Source of the DNA: Acidobacteriota bacterium
GTDB taxonomy: Bacteria > Acidobacteriota > UBA6911 > RPQK01 > JAJDTT01
Length of the DNA: 64,000 bases
NCBI GenBank assembly: GCA_965209055.1
Contig: OZ242374.1
Location: 448,001-512,000, forward strand
Direction of reading: 5' to 3'
Made by a program: the position numbers and the translations under genes. Below are positions 56,153 through 64,000 of this stretch, one piece after another. The notes under the pieces were generated by a model. That model did no database searches. It had not been told where the DNA came from and worked only from the letters and a program-made list of their open reading frames with translations. Every line of letters begins with the position of its first letter. Position 1 is the first letter of the stretch.

Positions 56153-57673
56153 TCAGCGAAAGCGAAGGGCGAAGAGGTCGGCGTCCCGGAGCGCAAAACG
56201 CAGCCGCAACGGACGGCCCGCCAGGGAGGAGACGTCGGGCCCTCCCTTCCAACGGACTTCCCTTTCCAGCTCGTCGCCGAAGACCACGGAGCAGTCGTCG
56301 AGGCCGAAACCTTCCAGGGGAGTTCCCGCCGCGTCCTGCAGTTCCACCCGGATGCTCCCGGCGGCCGAAGTCGAGAAGTTGAGGGTGAGTCGCCCGCCCT
56401 CGAAGACGAGAGGCCGGGTGACGATCTCGCCCCCCGCCATGGGAGCCGTCACCGCCACGAAGCCGTCGATTCGAAGGGTATAGCGGCGGATATTGGTGCT
56501 GTTCCCCCTCCAGTAGCCCTCGTTCACATAGACGGAGAGCTCATTGGGCGCTCCCTCCATATGGCTTCGGGTCTCCACCAGACCCCAGTTCTGATAGTTG
56601 TCCCCGTAGACCCAGTTGTCCACCGGCCTCAGTCCGGGACGAACGAAGGCCTCCTGCCAGCGCCGGAAACTGGTCCGGTCCCGTCCGGCCATGAAGATGC
56701 CCTCCGTCAGTGCCGTGCCGAACCGGACATGGACCCCCGCTCTCAGTCGCCGGTGCTCCTGCTCGGAAAGGGCCTTCATCGAATCGGTCCATCCCCACTC
56801 GACGTAGCGGGTGGGAAAGCCCAAAAGGATGTGGGGAGCCCGGTAGTAGGGCAGGATCTGGTTGGTGTAGAGCTCCTCGTCAGGCGCACCCGGGTAGCTG
56901 AGCGTGACGGGATCGGTCCAGTCCAGAAAGTCCCGGGAAGTACCGGTCAGGATGTCGCGGATGCCGCGCCTTCCGCCGGGGTCGCCGTCAAGCTTCCTGA
57001 AGTACCGGTGGTACTCGCGGTACTCGCGGCGCACCGGATCCCAGAAGGCCAGGTTCTGGGAATCGAAGGCGCCCTTGGTGATGACCGGCCGGTCGGCCAT
57101 GAGATCCCAGTGGATGCCGTCGGGAGACTTCCAGGCGTAGAGTCCCCGTGACTCGCTCCCGCTGGACAGCGCCTTGTAGCGGGCGGCCGGAGCGGCCGCC
57201 GGATTCGCATCCTTGAACGGCACGAAATTGTGAATCGTGCCGCCCACGGGAATCCGGTCCAGAATGATGTTGTTGGATTTCGACCCTTCGAACTCCACCA
57301 GACCCAGATTGGGACGGTACCAGCGGATCCCGTCCAGGCTCTCCACGTAGCAGACCACCTCGCGATGCCCGAGTTTCAGGGTTTCGCCCGTGATGAATTG
57401 GGATCCGCGGTAGTACATGCGATAGCGGCCGTCGTCCTGAAAGACGGTGAAGTAACCGCACGCGTTGCCCTCCCAACTCCGATCGGTCACCAGGACCACC
57501 TCCCTGGGTTCGGGCCGCCGAAGTTCGAGCCGGGCGGCTCCCCGGGTCTTCTCGATCAGCCGGTCGTCCACGAACAGCTCGAGGCGCGACCCGATCTCCA
57601 GTCCCGCATCTTGGCCCCGGACGGAAACACCGTTCCAGAACAGGAGGACGAACAGGATCACTCGCAATGGCAT
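56153..57673 (-). CDS. Secreted beta-propeller glycoside-hydrolase-like protein, paralog 5
   Basis: IGSRLELFVDD, SLDGIRW, SPDGIHW, FDSQNLAFWD, LRIDGFV. Confidence 0.72.
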   Translation of the reverse strand: MPLRVILFVLLFWNGVSVRGQDAGLEIGSRLELFVDDRLIEKTRGAARLELRRPEPREVVLVTDRSWEGNACGYFTVFQDDGRYRMYYRGSQFITGETLKLGHREVVCYVESLDGIRWYRPNLGLVEFEGSKSNNIILDRIPVGGTIHNFVPFKDANPAAAPAARYKALSSGSESRGLYAWKSPDGIHWDLMADRPVITKGAFDSQNLAFWDPVRREYREYHRYFRKLDGDPGGRRGIRDILTGTSRDFLDWTDPVTLSYPGAPDEELYTNQILPYYRAPHILLGFPTRYVEWGWTDSMKALSEQEHRRLRAGVHVRFGTALTEGIFMAGRDRTSFRRWQEAFVRPGLRPVDNWVYGDNYQNWGLVETRSHMEGAPNELSVYVNEGYWRGNSTNIRRYTLRIDGFVAVTAPMAGGEIVTRPLVFEGGRLTLNFSTSAAGSIRVELQDAAGTPLEGFGLDDCSVVFGDELEREVRWKGGPDVSSLAGRPLRLRFALRDADLFALRFR

Positions 57674-57708
57674 GATGAGTCTCCTTGTGCCGATGGTTCA
57701 GGTCGACG

Positions 57709-59229
57709 TCACCGGAATCGGAGGGCGAACAGGTCCGCGTCCCGGAGCGCGAAGCGCAGCCGCACCGGACGGCCCGCCAGGGAGGAGACGTCGGGCCCTC
57801 CCTTCCACCGGACCTCCCTTTCCAGCTCGTCGCCGAAGACCACGGAGCAGTCGTCGAGGCCGAAACCTTCCAGTGGGGTACCCGACGCATCCTGCAGCTC
57901 CACCCGGATGCTTCCGGCGGCCGACGTCGAGAAGTTGAGGGTGAGTCGCCCGCCCTCGAAGACGAGAGGCCGGGTGACGATCTCGCCCCCCGCCATGGGA
58001 GCCGTCACCGCCACGAAACCGTCGATTCGAAGGGTATGGCGTCGGAGTTTGGTTCCGTCCCCCCTCCAGTAACTCTCGTTGACATAGACCGAGAGTTCAT
58101 TGGGAGCTCCTTCGATGTGGCTTCGGGTCTCCACGATGCCCCAGTTCTGAAAGTTGTCCCCATAGACCCAATTGTCCACCGGCCTCAGCCCCGGACGGAT
58201 GTAGGCCTCCTCCCAGCGGTGAAAGCGGATCCGGTCCCGGCCGGCCATGAAGAGGCCCTCGGTCAGAGCCGTGCCGTAACGAATATGGACTCCGGCTCGC
58301 AGGCGCCGGTGCTCCAACTCGGGAAGGGCTCTCATGGAATCGGACCATCCCAGCTCGATGTAGCGGCTGGGAAAGCCCAACAGGATGTGTGGAGCCCGGT
58401 GGTAGGGCCGGATCTGGTTGGTGTAGAGCTCCTCGTCAGGCGCGCCGGGATAGCGGAGCCAGACCGGCTCGGTCCAGTTCAGAAAGTCCTGGGACGTGCC
58501 GGTCAAAACGTCGCGGAGCCCGCGATGTCCCTCCGGCAACCCGGGGGCCTTTCTGAATTCCCGGTGGTACTCGCGATACTCGCCGCGCACCGAATCCCAG
58601 AAGGCCAGGTTCTGAGAATCGAAATAACCCTTGGTGATGACGGGCCGGTCGGACATGAGCTCCCAGTGGATGCCGTCGGGAGACTTCCAGGCGTAGAGCC
58701 CCCGTTCCGGACTCCCTCTCGACACGGCCTTGTAGCGGACGTCCGGCGCCGCCGCGGGGTTGGCGTCCTTGAAGGGGACGAAATTGTGAACCGATCCGCC
58801 CACGGGAAGCCGGTCCAGAATGATGTTGTTGGCTTTGGACCCTTCGAACTCCACCATGCCCAGGTTGGGTCGGTACCAGCGAATCCCGTCCAGGCTCTCG
58901 GCGTAGCAGATCACCTCTCGATGCGGACGCGCCAGCCTCTTGCCGGTCTCGAAGTGGGACCCCCGGTAATACATGCGGTAGCGGCCGTCGTCCTGGAATA
59001 CGGTGAAGTGGCCGCACGCATTCCCTTCCCAGCTCCGGTCGGTCACCAGGACGACCTCCCTGGGAACGGGCCGGCGGAGCTCCACCCGGGCGTCCCCGCG
59101 GGTCTCCTCGATCAGGGCGTCATCCACGAACAGCTCCAGCCGGGAGCCGATTTCCAGTCCTGAATCCTGGGCCCAAACGGAAGCGCTGCTCCAGGCCAGG
59201 AATGCGAACATAGTTACTGGTACCCGCAT
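57709..59229 (-). CDS. Secreted beta-propeller glycoside-hydrolase-like protein, paralog 6 (tandem duplicate of paralog 5)
   Basis: Same length (1521 nt) and motifs as 56153-57673; GGAG RBS before ATG 59229. Confidence 0.72.
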   Translation of the reverse strand: MRVPVTMFAFLAWSSASVWAQDSGLEIGSRLELFVDDALIEETRGDARVELRRPVPREVVLVTDRSWEGNACGHFTVFQDDGRYRMYYRGSHFETGKRLARPHREVICYAESLDGIRWYRPNLGMVEFEGSKANNIILDRLPVGGSVHNFVPFKDANPAAAPDVRYKAVSRGSPERGLYAWKSPDGIHWELMSDRPVITKGYFDSQNLAFWDSVRGEYREYHREFRKAPGLPEGHRGLRDVLTGTSQDFLNWTEPVWLRYPGAPDEELYTNQIRPYHRAPHILLGFPSRYIELGWSDSMRALPELEHRRLRAGVHIRYGTALTEGLFMAGRDRIRFHRWEEAYIRPGLRPVDNWVYGDNFQNWGIVETRSHIEGAPNELSVYVNESYWRGDGTKLRRHTLRIDGFVAVTAPMAGGEIVTRPLVFEGGRLTLNFSTSAAGSIRVELQDASGTPLEGFGLDDCSVVFGDELEREVRWKGGPDVSSLAGRPVRLRFALRDADLFALRFR

Positions 59230-59382
59230 GATGGCTCCTTCGGTTCCGGTGGAAGGGTGGGATCTTTCCGGAAAACCTATCACAGCCCGGTTTCCGGGAC
59301 CAACGAGAAGGAGGAATGGCGGGGAGACTTCAAGGCCGATTATTGGGCGCCCGTCACTGTCCCGACTATGATGGAGAGCCGG

Positions 59383-61764
59383 ATGTCCTATCTATTGCTG
59401 CGTTTTCCCCGGCTCTTGGTTGCCGCCGGACTGGCAGCCCTTGGATTGCCTGCGCTGGGTATGGCGCAGGTCATGGAAGGGCGCCTGGCGGTCCAGGTGT
59501 CCGATCCCAGCGGCGGCGCGATCCCGGCCCTGGTCCGACTCGCCGGCCGGAGCCCGGAATTCGTCGCGACTGTGACGGCCGACGAGACAGGCCATGCCGT
59601 CCTCAAGCGTTTGCGCCCCGGCCAGTACCGGCTCACGGTCTCCCATGCCGGTTTCGAAGACCTGTCCCGGCGAGTGGAGATCCGCTCGGCAGTCCCGCAG
59701 TCCGTTCAAGTCGTCCTGGAGGTCGGCACGCCCCACGAGGAATTGACGGTCGAAGATTCGGCGCCTCTCCTGGATCCCCTGCAACCCTCCAATGCCATGC
59801 AAGTGGGGCGGATGAACTTGAATCGCACTCCCGGAACGACTCTGGGCCGCAGCACCATCGACGTCGTGACCACCCTGCCCGGCTGGCTGCTGGAGGCCAA
59901 CGCCGTCCTGCATCCGCGAGGTTCGGAATACGACACCCAATACGTCATCGACGGGATGCCCCTCTACGACAACCGATCCATCGCGTTCGCCCCCGCGTTC
60001 GAAAACGACGAGTTCGAAGCGGTGAACGTTCTCACGGCCGGGATCCCGGCCGAGTACGGCCGCCGGTTGGGGGGAGTGATCGCGCTGGACACACGCCGGG
60101 CCGAGCGGCGGGGACACCACACGGCTCTGGATCTGCAGGCCGGGGGATACGGAACCTGGTTCGGTTCCATGTCCCACCAGTTCGCCGCGGACCGCAGTTC
60201 CTTCTCGATAGGACTGCAATCCGGAATTACGGATCGATACTTGGACCCGCCCTCCATCGAGAACTTTACCAACCGGGCAAGTGCGGGAGGCGTCAACGCC
60301 CGGCTGGCCCATGACCTTTCCCCTCGCGACCAGTTGACCGCCTACCTCCGGTACAACCGTACCGGATTTCTGGTGCCCAACGACCTGGAACAGCAGGCGG
60401 CGGGACAGCGCCAGGATCGCCGCATGGGCGAGATGGCCGGGCAGATCCACTACCAGCGGACCATCTCGCCGAGCACATTGGGCTCCATACGTGGAATGAT
60501 CCGAGACCTTTCCAGCGAGCTGTGGAGCAACCCGCTGGCGACCCCGGTCCATGTCGGGCAGGATCGCGGATTTCGCGAAGCCGCGTTGGTCGGCGACGTC
60601 ACCGTCGACCATCATCGGCACACCTTGAAGTTCGGGGGCGACGTCCGGATCAACGACATCCACGAGGTCTTTCTCCTGTCGGCACCGGGAGAATCGAGCC
60701 GCCCGGACCTGGCTTTCCAAGACGAGCGGCGCAGCACGGAGATGGGCCTGTTCGTTCAGGACCAGATCCGTCTCGGAAACTTCGCCACGACTCTGGGAGT
60801 CCGCTTCGATGCCTACAGCCTGCTGGTGGAGGACACGGCCGTCAGCCCCAGGGCCGCCGTCAGCTACTACGTCCCCAAGGCCGAAATACAATTGTTCGCC
60901 TCCTACGACCGCATCTTCCAACCGCCTCCCATGGAGAATCTGCTGCTGTCCAGCGGGGCCCCGGCATTGGAGATCGACGCCGTCGAGGGAACGATCCCGG
61001 TGCCCGCGAGCCGGGCCAACTTCTTCGAGATCGGGTTGCGCAAGACCATGGCCAACGTTTTGCGCCTCGACCTGAGCCACTACTGGCGGACCTTTCGGAA
61101 CTACATCGACGACGACGTCTTTCTGAACACGGGCGTCTCGTTCCCCATCACCTTCGACACGGCCCGCATCGAGGGGACCGAAGTCCGGCTCGAGCTGCCG
61201 CGCTGGAGACGGGTCTCCTCTTTCGTCAGCTATTCGAACCTGCTGGGCCGGGCCACCTCGCCCGTAACGGGAGGGCTGTTCATCGAGGGAGGCGAGGCGG
61301 AGGAATTGCGGGATGTGGTCGAGCGGTTTCCCATCAGTCAGGATCAGCGCAACACGGTCGCAGCCCGGTTCTTGTTCGATCTCCACCGGCGGGTCTGGCT
61401 CGGGATCGGGGCCCGGTACGGCAGCGGGTTGCCGGTGGAGTTGGCCGACGACGATGACGACGATGAGGGTGAGGACGAGGAAGAAGGAGAGGCGCCGGAA
61501 TCCGGCGCCGATGAAGAGCGCTTCATTGCTCCGGAGATTCTGGCGCGGGTGAATTTCGAGCGGGCCAGAGTCCGGCCCAATTTCAGCCTTGATCTTTCCG
61601 TCGGGGCCCGGCTCTGGGAGGCCGACGCGCAATCGGTCTCGATACAGTTCGACGTGCGCAACCTGACCGACCGGCTCAACGTGATCAACTTCAACGGCCT
61701 GTTCTCGGGCACCGCCCTGGCGCCCGGCCGGCTGGCCACGGTGCGGTTGAAGATGCGGTTCTGA
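59383..61764 (+). CDS. TonB-dependent receptor
   Basis: Carboxypeptidase-like N-domain (VSDPSGGAIP), HPRG..YVIDGMP plug, PAEYG, NLTDR...LKMRF end; start uncertain. Confidence 0.88.
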   Translation: MSYLLLRFPRLLVAAGLAALGLPALGMAQVMEGRLAVQVSDPSGGAIPALVRLAGRSPEFVATVTADETGHAVLKRLRPGQYRLTVSHAGFEDLSRRVEIRSAVPQSVQVVLEVGTPHEELTVEDSAPLLDPLQPSNAMQVGRMNLNRTPGTTLGRSTIDVVTTLPGWLLEANAVLHPRGSEYDTQYVIDGMPLYDNRSIAFAPAFENDEFEAVNVLTAGIPAEYGRRLGGVIALDTRRAERRGHHTALDLQAGGYGTWFGSMSHQFAADRSSFSIGLQSGITDRYLDPPSIENFTNRASAGGVNARLAHDLSPRDQLTAYLRYNRTGFLVPNDLEQQAAGQRQDRRMGEMAGQIHYQRTISPSTLGSIRGMIRDLSSELWSNPLATPVHVGQDRGFREAALVGDVTVDHHRHTLKFGGDVRINDIHEVFLLSAPGESSRPDLAFQDERRSTEMGLFVQDQIRLGNFATTLGVRFDAYSLLVEDTAVSPRAAVSYYVPKAEIQLFASYDRIFQPPPMENLLLSSGAPALEIDAVEGTIPVPASRANFFEIGLRKTMANVLRLDLSHYWRTFRNYIDDDVFLNTGVSFPITFDTARIEGTEVRLELPRWRRVSSFVSYSNLLGRATSPVTGGLFIEGGEAEELRDVVERFPISQDQRNTVAARFLFDLHRRVWLGIGARYGSGLPVELADDDDDDEGEDEEEGEAPESGADEERFIAPEILARVNFERARVRPNFSLDLSVGARLWEADAQSVSIQFDVRNLTDRLNVINFNGLFSGTALAPGRLATVRLKMRF

Positions 61765-61904
61765 CCTGGCGCGACGTGGGCGGCGGCGCCACGGTTTGTT
61801 GCCCGGTGTATCTCCGGAAGATCGGCGCTTGGCAAGGCGCCGCTGCGCCGCCGTTCCTCCGCTGCTCCTCCGCCGCCGCTCCGGAAATTTCGGACAATGG
61901 ATAC

Positions 61905-63416
61905 ATGAAGCCGAGAATATCGGCAGTGGCCGGCGACCGGGAAAAAATTCTGCTGACCGGGTCCACCGGGTATATCGGCGGCCGTTTGCTCCGCCGGCTC
62001 GAAGCCGATGCCTGCGCGGTTCGGTGCCTGGTCCGGCGGCCGGAGGTCCTAAGGCCACAGGCCGATGACACCACCGAGGTGGTGCAAGGGGACCTGCTCA
62101 AGCCGGAGACGCTCCCGGACGCCATGCGCGGGATCTCCACGGCGGTCTACCTGGTGCACTCCATGGCGTCGGCCGGGGACTACGCCGACCAGGATCGAAG
62201 GGCCGCGAAGGCGTTCTCTACCGCAGCCCGGCAGGCGGGCGTCGGGCGCATCGTCTACCTGGGGGGACTGGGGAGCGGCGCAAGGCTGTCGGGCCATCTT
62301 CGGAGCCGTCAGGAGGTGGGCCGGATTCTCCGCGGCTCCGGGATTCCCACCATCGAATTCAGGTCCTCCATCATCATCGGGTCGGGAAGCCTTTCCTTCG
62401 AGATGATCCGGTCCCTGGTGGAGAAGCTGCCCGTCATGCTGACTCCCCGCTGGGTTCACACGATGTCGCAGCCCATCGCCGTGGAAGACGTCATCGAATA
62501 CCTGATCGCCGGGTTGGAGACTCCTCTTGAAGGGAGCCGGATCATCGAGATTGGAGGGTCCGAACGAGCGTCCTATGCCGACATCATGGAAGAATACGCC
62601 CGCCAGCGGGGGCTGCGCCGAAGGATGATCTCCGTTCCCGTCCTCTCTCCCCGGCTGTCCGGCTTGTGGCTGGGGCTGATCACTCCCATCTACGCCAGGG
62701 TGGGCCGCAAGCTCGTGGAGAGCCTCCGCAACGAAACCGTCGTCGACGGCGCGCGAGCCCTCGAGACGTTCGGCATCCGTCCTCGCGGGCTGGTCCAGGC
62801 GATCCAGCGGGCGCTCGCCAATGAAGACCGTGAGTTCGCGGAGACACGCTGGTCCGACGCCATCTCTTCCCTGGGCGGCGTCACGACCCGGGCCGGAGCC
62901 CGGTACGGGACCCGGATCGTCGATTCTCGAGTTCGCTACGTCCCGGTTCCGGCCCCGCAGGCCTTCCTGCCGATCCGGCGAATCGGAGGAGAGTCGGGAT
63001 GGTACGGGTCGGACTGGCTCTGGAAAGTTCGGGGCGCGCTGGACCTGCTGGCCGGCGGTCCCGGCATGCGGCGCGGACGAAAGAGCCCCGACCAACCGGC
63101 GGTTGGAGAGACCATCGATTTCTGGCGAGTGGAGGCGTACGAAGAGGACCGGCTGCTCCGGCTCGTCGCCGAGATGCGCCTTCCCGGCCGCGCTTGGCTC
63201 CAGTTCGAGGTGGAACCCGACGGATCGGGGTCAAGGGTCCGGCAGACCGCGGAATTCGACCCCCGGGGATTTCTGGGCCTCGCCTACTGGTACGCCCTCT
63301 ACCCGTTGCATCACTTTGTTTTCGAGCGGTTGCTCCAGGGAATCGCCTTCCTGGCGATCCGAGCGACTTGGGAGACGGCGGAAGCCGAGGACGGAAGGGA
63401 AGGCACCGAAGAATGA
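61905..63416 (+). CDS. Atypical SDR NAD(P)-binding protein with DUF2867 domain (YbjT-like)
   Basis: ILLTGSTGYIGGRL, YLVHSM, SGHLRSRQEVG, IGGESGWY, AEMRLPGRAWL, GLAYWYALYPLH. Confidence 0.9.
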   Translation: MKPRISAVAGDREKILLTGSTGYIGGRLLRRLEADACAVRCLVRRPEVLRPQADDTTEVVQGDLLKPETLPDAMRGISTAVYLVHSMASAGDYADQDRRAAKAFSTAARQAGVGRIVYLGGLGSGARLSGHLRSRQEVGRILRGSGIPTIEFRSSIIIGSGSLSFEMIRSLVEKLPVMLTPRWVHTMSQPIAVEDVIEYLIAGLETPLEGSRIIEIGGSERASYADIMEEYARQRGLRRRMISVPVLSPRLSGLWLGLITPIYARVGRKLVESLRNETVVDGARALETFGIRPRGLVQAIQRALANEDREFAETRWSDAISSLGGVTTRAGARYGTRIVDSRVRYVPVPAPQAFLPIRRIGGESGWYGSDWLWKVRGALDLLAGGPGMRRGRKSPDQPAVGETIDFWRVEAYEEDRLLRLVAEMRLPGRAWLQFEVEPDGSGSRVRQTAEFDPRGFLGLAYWYALYPLHHFVFERLLQGIAFLAIRATWETAEAEDGREGTEE

Positions 63417-63491
63417 ATCGTCCTGCCTGACGCTCACCCGAGGGACGCTCCGCCGGTCGCGTGTTAGAATCCGCGCGAAAGGGGGCAGGAC

Positions 63492-64000
63492 ATGTTGACG
63501 CGACGACGTGAGTGCCCGCCGCCAGAGTCCAGGTTACGAGCGTCGCGAGCCACTTCACATTATTTTCGCCCCACCCGGTTCTTCCCGAATCGCACCAGGG
63601 TCATGGGCGGGCTCGTGGCGGGAGCCTGTTTCTGGTTCATGGCCTGCACGGAAGCGCCGGAACGCCCCGGCCCGGGCAATGCGCCCACGGTGACGACGGG
63701 ATCGGGCAGCGCCCTGGGGACCCGGGCGTTGACCGTCAACGGTTCCATTCATCCTCACGGAGAACCCACCACCTACTACTTCGAGTACGGCCCATCGAAG
63801 GACTACGGGTTCCGGACCGCCGAACGGCCCCTCCCGCCCCGTTTGGCCGCCTACTACCACGAGAGCTGGGACGAGGGAATGGGGGGCTGGGACACTTGGC
63901 TGAACCAGTCCCTGTTCACCTCCGGCGGGCCGTCGGGAGGATACGTGAGGCTGGCCGAGCCCAGCCGGAACGACCACAACCACGACGACGGGATCGGCAC
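63492..64000 (+). CDS. Secreted or lipoprotein with fibronectin-III-like segment, 3' truncated by the window edge
   Basis: Open frame from ATG 63492; hydrophobic stretch + MAC; APTVTTG..LTVNGSIHPHGEPTTYYFEYGPSKDYG. Confidence 0.6.
   Translation, partial: MLTRRRECPPPESRLRASRATSHYFRPTRFFPNRTRVMGGLVAGACFWFMACTEAPERPGPGNAPTVTTGSGSALGTRALTVNGSIHPHGEPTTYYFEYGPSKDYGFRTAERPLPPRLAAYYHESWDEGMGGWDTWLNQSLFTSGGPSGGYVRLAEPSRNDHNHDDGIG

Noticed and set aside
526-62058. Long antisense ORFs (e.g. 526-2790, 11970-14912, 39547-42519, 46588-48651, 59392-62058)
   Set aside because: Shadows of high-GC genes on the opposite strand, with no recognisable motifs

Overview
High-GC bacterial window. The gene content (GWxTD-type and VWA proteins, carboxypeptidase-like TonB-dependent receptors, CRTAC1/ASPIC-UnbV + TPR sets, PSD1/DUF1501 and PVC-type CxxCH proteins) points to Acidobacteriota; this is an inference. 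The core part encodes secreted or periplasmic hydrolases and transporters, including six paralogous Asp-box beta-propeller hydrolase-like genes (46.5-59.2 kb). Two accessory islands interrupt it. Island 1 (15389-22134) carries an intact P4-type tyrosine integrase and appears to have integrated into a REP-like palindrome (10-bp core TGCCGTCCCC duplicated) rather than a tRNA. Island 2 (26742-36579) is bounded by ~160-bp imperfect inverted repeats that also seem to split a REP doublet; it holds a frameshifted P4-type integrase, tRNA-Leu(TAA), an ArdC-zincin fusion and a T5orf172-type nuclease. The most striking unexplained signal is a ~300-bp non-coding element present four times, only inside these islands. 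It has an 18-19-bp closing stem around two inner hairpins and shows compensatory base changes between copies, so it is a candidate structured RNA or ssDNA-stage element (oriT, single-strand origin or promoter). All calls come from reading the sequence by eye; no database searches were run.
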